Below the pieces are notes generated by a model that saw only the letters and a program-made list of their open reading frames with translations, was not told where the DNA came from and ran no database searches. Positions 56,696 through 64,000 of a stretch of DNA of 64,000 nucleotides are shown one piece after another. This stretch comes from Pseudomonadota bacterium (GTDB lineage: Bacteria; Pseudomonadota; Gammaproteobacteria; Burkholderiales; Eutrophovitaceae): NCBI GenBank assembly GCA_027624715.1, contig JAQBTV010000001.1, positions 139,752 through 203,751 of the forward strand. Reading direction: 5' to 3'. Numbering within the stretch: the stretch's first letter is position 1; each line of letters starts with the position of its first letter. Both the position numbers and the translations under genes were made by a program.

Positions 56696-56923
56696 CTAGG
56701 GGTAGCATCGCACCCTACTCAAAATCACGTCCAGCAAACCCCGCGTGAACTGGTCCGAGATATCGCAGACATGATCACACTGCAGGGCTACCTGCACTTC
56801 GTCGCGGGCCACGATGGTGCGGGTCAACTCCGCATGCGCGTGCCCCACCACCGGAAGGTTGTTGTATGCCAAAAAAAGAGGGCTAGTGATTGATTGGTAA
56901 ACGCTTTGATTCGTTTGGTACAC
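56696..56923 (-). other. Short ORF whose C-terminal ~57 codons form a locally GC-rich, high-GC3 block (possible gene remnant or foreign fragment)
   Basis: By hand count, 44 of 57 third codon positions in the minus-strand frame from about 56700 to 56870 are G or C, against a visibly AT-richer host background. No family recognised. Confidence 0.3.
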
Positions 56924-56998
56924 TGTACTTTGACATAAGAATCTACTGAAAATACCCCTTTAAGGGCTCATTTCCCTTAAATTTAGGAGGATATAAAC

Positions 56999-57349
56999 TT
57001 GGAAGAAAAATTGCGAGAAACGGCCACCACAAGTTCATGGGCTTGTAAAAATCCTACGCAATCGAGTGCCCTATTGGTACTTGTTGGCATTTTAGCGATG
57101 TGGATGATCTCAAATATACGCGCTCCTGAAACATTTAATGCTGTGTTTACGTTTCTCGTTGTCATTCCTATTCTCGGGCTACTGCCCGCAGTGTCGCTTG
57201 TCGCATCGTTACTGTCGGCATCCTTATTGAAAGAACGCATACCAAACAAGAACTTATGGTTAGTGCGCGGCCTCAGCATCGTCGCCTTATCGTTAAATGT
57301 GTTGGCCATCATCTTTTTTATCAAGACCATACCCATTTTCTTCGAATAA
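56999..57349 (+). CDS. Small hypothetical membrane protein (about 3 TM helices)
   Basis: TTG start preceded by AGGAGG (56985-56990) with an 8-nt spacer; hydrophobic helices (ALLVLVGILAMWMI, FTFLVVIPILGLLPAVSLVASLL, LSIVALSLNVLAIIFFI). Confidence 0.5.
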   Translation: MEEKLRETATTSSWACKNPTQSSALLVLVGILAMWMISNIRAPETFNAVFTFLVVIPILGLLPAVSLVASLLSASLLKERIPNKNLWLVRGLSIVALSLNVLAIIFFIKTIPIFFE

Positions 57350-57447
57350 GCGAGACGCCAATTCTCGCTACCTACACACGCAACCTAAGTACCGTTTAAA
57401 ATCAGATCGGTTTAATGTTATGTATTGTCTGTATCAGTGGTGAATGA

Positions 57448-58737
57448 ATGCATATTGACTTAAATTTTGGAAGAGGCAGCATTCCACTCAAGCTCGAAAA
57501 GGCCTGGAAAGCCGAAATCATCCGCAAACCGTTGATGCCCTTTGAGAGCGATCCCAAATTGGCGATTCAAAAAGCGCTCAACAACCCCATCAATTCGTTA
57601 CCACTTCTAGAAAAAGCCAGAACAAAGGACAATGCATGCATTCTAATCTGCGACATCACAAGACCCGTCCCTAATCACTTGCTGCTTCCAGAGATCGTCT
57701 CCGTACTCCTTAAAGCCGGCATTTCACAATCAAACATTGAAATATTGATTGCAACCGGATTACATAGGCCCAATGAAGGCGAGGAGCTCGAACAACTCAT
57801 TGGGGATCCATGGATCCTTGAAAACATTAAGATTTTCAATCATTTCGCAAAAAATGACGAAGACCATGCCCTGATCGGCACGACCACTAAGGGCACTAAA
57901 GTTAAGCTGGATAAACGTTTTGTGAATGCTGACCTCAAAATTGTGACAGGGCTAGTCGAGCCGCACTTCATGGCAGGCTATTCTGGTGGGCGCAAAGTGA
58001 TTGCCCCTGGCGTTGCACACGAAGAAACGATCACAACGTTCCATAACCATAAATTCATGTCGGACCCAAACTCAGATAGCTGTATCCTGAATGGAAACCC
58101 TCTACACCAGGAGCAACTTGAAATTGTTTCCATGCTCGGCGAGGTGCTGTGCGTGAATACCGTGCTAGACGAGCATAGAAACCTATCGTTGATTAACTTC
58201 GGAGAAATAGTTGCCAGCCACCTCGCAGCCGTCGCCTTTGCAAAAGATTATCTATCTGTACCTATGCGCCGCAAATTCAACACAATAGTGACAAGTGCTG
58301 CGGGCTACCCTCTAGATTCAACCTACTATCAAACAGTTAAAGGAATGGTTGTCCCGTATCAAATACTAGAGCCTGGGGGAGACCTCATTATCGCTTCAGA
58401 GTGTGCCGAGGGAATGGGGTCAAAAGAATTTAGGAAAGCGCAACAAACGCTTGTCAGTAAAGGGGCTGCTGCTTTTTGCGCTGAAATTGCGCAGAAAGCA
58501 TATGCCGCGGTGGATGAATGGCAAACCCAAATGCAGACGAAAATCATGAATGTTGGCCACGTTCATTTATACTCACCGGGTCTTAGCTCGACAGACCACA
58601 AACTGACCGGCGTAAACATCATAGACAACCTGGATGAATTTGTTCGTTCACGCGTGCTTAATAACTTAGAGTTATACTCAGAACCAAGCTTAGCGGTCAT
58701 ACCCGAAGGACCCTATGTGGTCCCAACCCTTATTTAA
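57448..58737 (+). CDS. LarA-family nickel-pincer-nucleotide-dependent 2-hydroxyacid racemase/epimerase homolog
   Basis: 429 aa; LarA hallmarks in the correct order and spacing: CDITRP, TGLHR, EPHFMAGYSGGRK (His to Lys +10), a His 16 residues after the Lys, and YYQTVK (YQxxK). Confidence 0.8.
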   Translation: MHIDLNFGRGSIPLKLEKAWKAEIIRKPLMPFESDPKLAIQKALNNPINSLPLLEKARTKDNACILICDITRPVPNHLLLPEIVSVLLKAGISQSNIEILIATGLHRPNEGEELEQLIGDPWILENIKIFNHFAKNDEDHALIGTTTKGTKVKLDKRFVNADLKIVTGLVEPHFMAGYSGGRKVIAPGVAHEETITTFHNHKFMSDPNSDSCILNGNPLHQEQLEIVSMLGEVLCVNTVLDEHRNLSLINFGEIVASHLAAVAFAKDYLSVPMRRKFNTIVTSAAGYPLDSTYYQTVKGMVVPYQILEPGGDLIIASECAEGMGSKEFRKAQQTLVSKGAAAFCAEIAQKAYAAVDEWQTQMQTKIMNVGHVHLYSPGLSSTDHKLTGVNIIDNLDEFVRSRVLNNLELYSEPSLAVIPEGPYVVPTLI

Positions 58738-58784
58738 GCCCTCAAGATTTACCTTCAAATATCCTTCCAACCACAGGTACACCA

Positions 58785-60083
58785 ATGATTAAAGACACCA
58801 TAAACGTTGAAATTGCAGGGGGTTTAGATTTTTCACTTAGCAAAATGATTCGCGTGCAACAGAAATTCAGCGCGCCAAAAATCGACGATATTGCCTCAGT
58901 TATCAAAAAAGAATTTGCACGAGAGTCCATCAAAAACAAAGTCTTACCCGGCCAAAAAATTGCCGTTGGCTGTGGAAGCCGCGGCGTTGCTAATATTGCG
59001 GCCATTACAAAAGCCGTCATCGAAGAGTTAATCAAACTTGGCGCGAAACCATTCATCTTTCCCTGCATGGGGAGTCACGGAGCCGCTACCGCTGAAGGAC
59101 AGAAGCAAGTGCTCGCTGGATATGGCATCACGGAAGAAATAATGGCTGTACCAATACATGCCACCATGGATACCGAGATAGTTGGGCAGTTAGACGATGG
59201 AACACCCGTGCATATGGACAGCAACGCAGCTCATGCCGACGGGATTGTTGTGATCAATAGAGTTAAGCCACACACCTCATTTCGAGGTCAGACGGAGAGC
59301 GGAATCACGAAAATGCTCGCTATTGGTATTGGCAAAATAAATGGTGCAGCAATCTACCATCAACACGGCATGGATATGTTTCCAACACTCCTGCCAAAAA
59401 TCCGTGATGTAAACATCAATAAACGTAACGTCTTATTTGGGGTGGGTATTGTTGAAAATGCCTTCGATCAAACTGCATTGATAGAGGTCATCCCAGCGGA
59501 GGAGATTCACGAAAAAGAACCTCCACTTCAAGTACTTGCGAAACAAAATATGCCTAAACTCAATTTTTCAAATATCGATGTCTTGATCATTGAAGAAATG
59601 GGAAAAAATATCAGCGGCGCTGGCTTTGATCCGAATATTACTGGCCGTAATAGACGCGCGGTACAGTGGGACAGCGGATTACATGTCAAAAAAATTGTAG
59701 TACTCCGTATCACCCCAGAAAGTCATGGTAATGCTACTGGAATTGGCGGGGCCGACGTAACGACCATGCGGCTTTATCGCGACATGGATATTGGTGCAAC
59801 TTACGCCAACGTGATCACCGCCATGAACTTAGATGGTGCTGCGATTCCGATCATCATGAACTCGGATAGAGAAGCAATAGCTCTAGCAATCAAAACAGTA
59901 GTCAGAACCAAGCCTGAAGATTGCCGCATCGTGAGAATCAAGAACACATTATCACTTGGTGAGATTGACGTATCTACAAACATGCTCGAAGAAGTTACAA
60001 AAAATCCAGATTTATTTGAAATAATTTCCGAGGCGCAAGACTGGAAATTTGATTACAAAAATAATTTGCAAGCTATTGACTGA
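58785..60083 (+). CDS. Divergent LarA-fold (lactate racemase N-terminal domain-like) protein
   Basis: 432 aa, collinear with the upstream LarA homolog: GCGSRG in place of CDITRP, MGSHG in place of TGLHR, KPHTSFRGQTESGITK (His to Lys +13), and a His 16 residues after the Lys. No YQxxK recognised. Confidence 0.55.
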   Translation: MIKDTINVEIAGGLDFSLSKMIRVQQKFSAPKIDDIASVIKKEFARESIKNKVLPGQKIAVGCGSRGVANIAAITKAVIEELIKLGAKPFIFPCMGSHGAATAEGQKQVLAGYGITEEIMAVPIHATMDTEIVGQLDDGTPVHMDSNAAHADGIVVINRVKPHTSFRGQTESGITKMLAIGIGKINGAAIYHQHGMDMFPTLLPKIRDVNINKRNVLFGVGIVENAFDQTALIEVIPAEEIHEKEPPLQVLAKQNMPKLNFSNIDVLIIEEMGKNISGAGFDPNITGRNRRAVQWDSGLHVKKIVVLRITPESHGNATGIGGADVTTMRLYRDMDIGATYANVITAMNLDGAAIPIIMNSDREAIALAIKTVVRTKPEDCRIVRIKNTLSLGEIDVSTNMLEEVTKNPDLFEIISEAQDWKFDYKNNLQAID

Positions 60084-60246
60084 TTAGTGCACTGCAATAA
60101 AAGCATAAGATAAAAATTATACGTATGTCACTTTTCTTGCGAACGGACGCAATTAGGCATTATTGTTTTCAGCTAACATTATTTGTAAAGATTACTCGCT
60201 CATTTTTGGTGCAATAAATTTTTTCCTGGCATTGAGAGGTATTTAC

Positions 60247-60267
60247 TATCCACAGAAACTGTGGATA
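60247..60267. promoter_or_regulatory. 9-3-9 perfect palindrome made of two convergent DnaA-box-like 9-mers, in an AT-rich spacer
   Basis: tatccacag-aaa-ctgtggata. The reverse complement of the right half reads TTATCCACA (9/9 to the consensus); the left half reads cTATCCACA (8/9). It lies 135 nt upstream of the enolase-family ATG. Confidence 0.35.
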
Positions 60268-60401
60268 ACATAATTTTTTTTGAAACTTAAGAATTAAAAA
60301 TTGTTACCCACTAATACTCTTGTTTGTACTGCCTAAAAATTAATCAACGCCAAAAAGTAAAATATAACAAAAAAGAATTTATTTAGAACATTAAATACCA
60401 T

Positions 60402-61589
60402 ATGAGAATAACTGACATCCAAACTATTCCTTTAGAAGTTGAGCTGCACGAGACGGTATACGACGCCAACTACACAATGAAAAATAAGCCTGCACTACTC
60501 GTGCAAATTTTTACTGATGATGGACTGATTGGCATTGGTGAAGCAGCACACTTTGGAGGACCGATGAGCTCCACGGTGCACGTCATTGAGCAGGAATTAA
60601 AGCCCTACTTAATTGGGAAAGATCCGATAAACACAGAGCTTCTTTGGGACCTGATGCATAAACGTGCGTACAAGCATGCTCGGGGAGGAATAATCATCGC
60701 AGCCATAAGTGGAATCGATATTGCACTTTGGGATCTTAAAGGAAAAATCACTAAGTTACCGTGTTGGCGTTTGATGGGCGGATACCGAAAGCGAGTACCT
60801 GCTTATGCCACGGGCGGCTTTTACTCAGAGAGCAAAAACCTCGACGACTTAGCCGTTGAAATGAAAAACTATGTTGATGCTGGATTTAGGGCAGTAAAGA
60901 TGAAAGTCGGTCGAAACAGTGGTATTGAATTGTCACCCTTGCGAGCTTCAGAGGAATGCGGCATTGCGGAAGTCACACTCGATGAAGACATTCGGCGAGT
61001 AGATTTAGTAAGACGAACTATTGGCCCTGACATAAAACTGTGCGTGGATGCCAACGGCGCCTGGGATGTCGCGACAGCCGTAAAAATGGGACGGAGAATG
61101 GAGCCTTTTGATATCTACTGGTATGAAGAACCGGTTTGGCCAGACGATTTACTCGGTAGCAAAGAAGTAGCTCAAAAAGTATCCATACCCGTTGCCGGAT
61201 ACGAAACCTGTAGCTACGGCCTTGTAGATTTTCAAAGGTACATCAGCCATCGTGCGGTGCATTTTGTGCAACCCGATGTTGCTTGGTCGGGTGGCTTAAC
61301 TGAATGCTTGAAGATCGCTCACCTCGCCCAAGCAGCCAACTTGCCAGTCGCCCCACATATCCACGGTTCTGCCATAGCCGTTGCTGCAGGCCTTCATCTT
61401 CTAGGCGCAATTCGAAATGGAAGCATGGCAGAGACTGTGTTTCCGGCGCACCCTTTAATGACACAACTCGTTAAAGAACCCTTAAACATAGAGAAAGACA
61501 CCGGTGACATTATTTTGTCGGAAACACCCGGCCTAGGCATTGATCTTAATTTAGATGTTGTTGATCGATACAGAACATCTGGCAAGTAA
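60402..61589 (+). CDS. Enolase-superfamily enzyme, mandelate racemase subgroup (acid-sugar dehydratase-like)
   Basis: 395 aa; KxK (AVKMKVG), metal ligands in VDANGAW, YEEP and AGYE, and an Asp/His pair (VQPDV, APHIHG). Confidence 0.85.
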   Translation: MRITDIQTIPLEVELHETVYDANYTMKNKPALLVQIFTDDGLIGIGEAAHFGGPMSSTVHVIEQELKPYLIGKDPINTELLWDLMHKRAYKHARGGIIIAAISGIDIALWDLKGKITKLPCWRLMGGYRKRVPAYATGGFYSESKNLDDLAVEMKNYVDAGFRAVKMKVGRNSGIELSPLRASEECGIAEVTLDEDIRRVDLVRRTIGPDIKLCVDANGAWDVATAVKMGRRMEPFDIYWYEEPVWPDDLLGSKEVAQKVSIPVAGYETCSYGLVDFQRYISHRAVHFVQPDVAWSGGLTECLKIAHLAQAANLPVAPHIHGSAIAVAAGLHLLGAIRNGSMAETVFPAHPLMTQLVKEPLNIEKDTGDIILSETPGLGIDLNLDVVDRYRTSGK

Positions 61590-61592
61590 GCA

Positions 61593-62936
61593 CTAACGCT
61601 CAGCCTTCCAGGCTCTGGTTCTTTCTTGCGCGAGTTTCAGATCGTCGGGGGAAAGCTTAGTACTAATATAGCTTCTCAATTCATCAAGCTTTGCTCTTTC
61701 TTCTCCAGCTAATGCGGTAGCAGCTAAATTACTCCAAACATATGCCGCAATTAAGTCCTTATCAGCACCGACACCCTCGAAATGCATCCACGCAAGTCGG
61801 CTCTGCGCTCGCACTTCACCCTGATTTGCGGCCAACAAAAACCAATTGGCTGCCTCTTTAGGGTCTTTATCGCCTAAAAAACCCTGATCATATATATCCC
61901 CCAAGAGATATTGTGCATACGCGTTACCCGATTCAGCTGGCTTTCGATACCACTTTAAAGCAAGCGCGAAGTCAATCGAAAGACCATCTGTACCAAAAAA
62001 ATACAACTCCCCCAACTCATAATGAGCCGCCTCATACCCCTCGTTGGCCGCCGCCTCAAACCACCGCACAGCATCTTGAATATTTCTCACGGTACCTAAC
62101 CCATCCCGCAACATGTATCCCAACATGAATTTTGATTCGGCATCATTGGCCTCAGCGGCCTTAGAAAACCACTTAAATGCCTCAAAAGGGGTTTTTTCAA
62201 TTCCATTGCCCTCGTAATAAGCCCAAGCAAGACTTTTGAAAGCAGATTGTTCCCCGGCATCAGCAGCTTGTTTGAGATACTTCGCAGCAAGCGCCGCATC
62301 CTTTTCGAGACCCTCACCACGCTCATACATAAAACCGAGCGCAGCACTGGCCCGAGCATGTCCTTGTTTAGCTGCCTTCTCATACCAAATCAGTGCGTTA
62401 GGAAAACTTGGTTCGCCCAAGATGCCAGAAAAGTAAATGTAGCCAACCATCTCTTGAGCATCAACATTCCCAGATGTGGCGGCTACAAGGTACGCGCTCA
62501 AGGCCTTATTTAGATCTTTCTCAACATCCTTCCCATCAAAATAAAGTGCACCAGCAATTAAAGCTGCCTTTACACTACCCTGTTTAGCGGCGTCGCTATA
62601 CCACTTCACACCCAGCTCCGGATCACGATCAACAAATTTCCCTGCTAAATACAAATTACCTAAATGCTCCTGCGCCTGAGCGAATCCCTGTTCTGCGCTG
62701 GCCGTATACCACTTCACTGATAAAGCGAAGTCTTGCGGTATCCCTCGCCCATTGAAGTAGCACTCACCAAGATAAAATTGTCCTTGTGGGTCCCCTTCAT
62801 TGGCTGCTTTTTCGAAAATACTGAAAGCGACCACGTAATTTTCTGCTTCGTAAGCACGCTGGCCATCCGCTATGTTAGCCTGAGCTGAAGAAGCAACCAC
62901 GAGGATGGAAAGTAATAAGCCACGAGAAAGAAACAT
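61593..62936 (-). CDS. Secreted Sel1-like (SLR/TPR-type) repeat protein
   Basis: Signal peptide MFLSRGLLLSILVVASSAQA, then about 11 repeats of about 36 aa with the Sel1 pattern (A..W..KAA.QG...AQ..LG..Y..G.GV..D). Start placed at M20 of the tracked ORF. Confidence 0.8.
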   Translation of the reverse strand: MFLSRGLLLSILVVASSAQANIADGQRAYEAENYVVAFSIFEKAANEGDPQGQFYLGECYFNGRGIPQDFALSVKWYTASAEQGFAQAQEHLGNLYLAGKFVDRDPELGVKWYSDAAKQGSVKAALIAGALYFDGKDVEKDLNKALSAYLVAATSGNVDAQEMVGYIYFSGILGEPSFPNALIWYEKAAKQGHARASAALGFMYERGEGLEKDAALAAKYLKQAADAGEQSAFKSLAWAYYEGNGIEKTPFEAFKWFSKAAEANDAESKFMLGYMLRDGLGTVRNIQDAVRWFEAAANEGYEAAHYELGELYFFGTDGLSIDFALALKWYRKPAESGNAYAQYLLGDIYDQGFLGDKDPKEAANWFLLAANQGEVRAQSRLAWMHFEGVGADKDLIAAYVWSNLAATALAGEERAKLDELRSYISTKLSPDDLKLAQERTRAWKAER

Positions 62937-63055
62937 GCCTACTCCAAGCACTTTTGGATTTGATTCATGCGCCTCGCACATCAACCAATCCAAATAGTTA
63001 AGTCAAAAAGTAGAAATACCATAGCCTCAAGGCAAGCGAAAGGCAAGTACCGAGC

Positions 63056-64000
63056 CTAGTCAGATAGGCGTTCCCAAACAAGAGGGGAGCGCCGCACAAA
63101 AATATCAACCAGATATGCAAATAACGCCAAAATCATTAAGATAGGCCACAATGCGAAACGTTTCTGCGCAATGTCATCGCTAGGCGCAAAGACTTGATCA
63201 GCACGCGCATCAAGCGCTCCGCCGGTTGACGAAGCAACCGCTGATAATAATTCGAGATTAGGGCCTGTGAAGCGATATTCGGCAGGGAAGCTGGGGAAAA
63301 TAGATCTTGACCCAGCCATGTCCACAATATCATCAGAGATATCACTCTTCGCCAACAATGTGGCAGAAATCGGCTGTTGATCCTTAAATGGCACAACTAA
63401 TTGATATTGGCCCGGAGCGATTTGTGACATTTTAGCTACCCGAACCTCCTGCCCAACACTGAGGTTCAACTCAGGAACAAGACCGTTCCTAAAATTACCC
63501 CCCTCGGTAAGTAGCGTTAAGTTAAAAATAGCCACGTCGTCTTGTCGCTCACCGTTAAAAAAAACGGTCGTCGAACCTAATTGCTTGAGAACGCCACGCG
63601 TGAGTTGTGACCAAAATTTGCCGTAGCCCTCCCATTGAATCCAATCAGCAGACCAGCGATTCTTTACATCCGAGGTAAAAAACATTGTCTTCCCTAAACC
63701 ATACTGCCAGCGCGTCAATAAAGGAGCGCCCTGCTGAGTCACCAAGATTGTCTCCGCAGTATCCTTAGGTTTAACGGCAATATGACCCTTTAGCGGAGGA
63801 GCAGTTTGCAGATCTATGCCGGATAAAGAGCCAATCTCTTGTTTCATCACGGTCAGAATTGGCTCTTCTACAAGGCTGGTGCCCACAACCTTCTTGGTTT
63901 CCTCAGTAAAAATCTGCGGAATCGATTCAGCAGAAAGCGCCAAGTAATTCCGACCCCCACCCCAGTCTGACAATTGCCGCATCAAACCTGGATTTCCACC
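63056..64000 (-). CDS. C-terminal part of a larger membrane-anchored protein (possibly VWA/GATase1-like, aerotolerance-type); 5' end lies outside the window
   Basis: The reading frame stays open to base 64000 (GGNPG precedes the tracked TTG). C-terminal TM helix WPILMILALFAYLVDIF. The family assignment is tentative. Confidence 0.45.
   Translation of the reverse strand, partial: GGNPGLMRQLSDWGGGRNYLALSAESIPQIFTEETKKVVGTSLVEEPILTVMKQEIGSLSGIDLQTAPPLKGHIAVKPKDTAETILVTQQGAPLLTRWQYGLGKTMFFTSDVKNRWSADWIQWEGYGKFWSQLTRGVLKQLGSTTVFFNGERQDDVAIFNLTLLTEGGNFRNGLVPELNLSVGQEVRVAKMSQIAPGQYQLVVPFKDQQPISATLLAKSDISDDIVDMAGSRSIFPSFPAEYRFTGPNLELLSAVASSTGGALDARADQVFAPSDDIAQKRFALWPILMILALFAYLVDIFVRRSPLVWERLSD

Noticed and set aside
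56983-57336. The 117-aa minus-strand ORF overlapping the small membrane protein gene.
   Set aside because: The plus-strand frame has an AGGAGG ribosome-binding site at ideal spacing and three clear hydrophobic helices. The minus-strand product has neither feature.
60247-60267. The DnaA-box palindrome as the chromosomal replication origin (oriC).
   Set aside because: There are only two boxes, and I recognised no dnaA/dnaN/gidA-type neighbours or repeated AT-rich 13-mer array. It is kept as a regulatory candidate, not an origin.
56612-61592. The region next to the tRNA genes as a classical integrated genomic island.
   Set aside because: There is no integrase and I saw no duplicated tRNA 3' end. 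The region also abuts the 5' (promoter) side of tRNA-Tyr rather than a tRNA 3' end. Only the short GC-rich fragment hints at foreign DNA.

Overview
Mostly conserved chromosomal core from a moderately AT-rich proteobacterium. Gene order and protein sequences look beta/gammaproteobacterial; the lineage cannot be fixed from this window. About 70 genes are supported. Bases 1-41 kb hold housekeeping and metabolic genes: quinone oxidoreductases, rppH, proS, pxpBCA, hrpA, nhaB, lutABC with a divergent IclR regulator, an ABC exporter, nadA, nudB-aspS, a fused indolepyruvate:ferredoxin oxidoreductase, ssb, an MFS transporter and uvrA. Bases 41.1-56.7 kb, all on the minus strand, hold one block: sigma70-like promoter, tRNA-Tyr, tRNA-Gly, tRNA-Thr, tuf, then the S10, spc and alpha ribosomal operons through rplQ. 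This block includes a 37-codon rpmJ that is absent from the ORF track. Bases 56.7-64 kb are the only accessory-looking part: a short GC-rich ORF fragment, a small membrane protein, two tandem LarA-family (nickel-pincer racemase fold) genes, an AT-rich spacer with a DnaA-box-like palindrome, an enolase-superfamily gene, a secreted Sel1-repeat protein, and a CDS that runs off the window edge. I saw no CRISPR array, IS element, integrase, prophage or recognisable defence or toxin-antitoxin module. The most interesting items are the LarA-LarA-like-enolase cluster, the hybrid genomic context of tuf, the high-GC3 ORF fragment beside the tRNA promoter, and a decayed gluQ gene. All functional calls come from my own reading of motifs in the translations; no searches were run.
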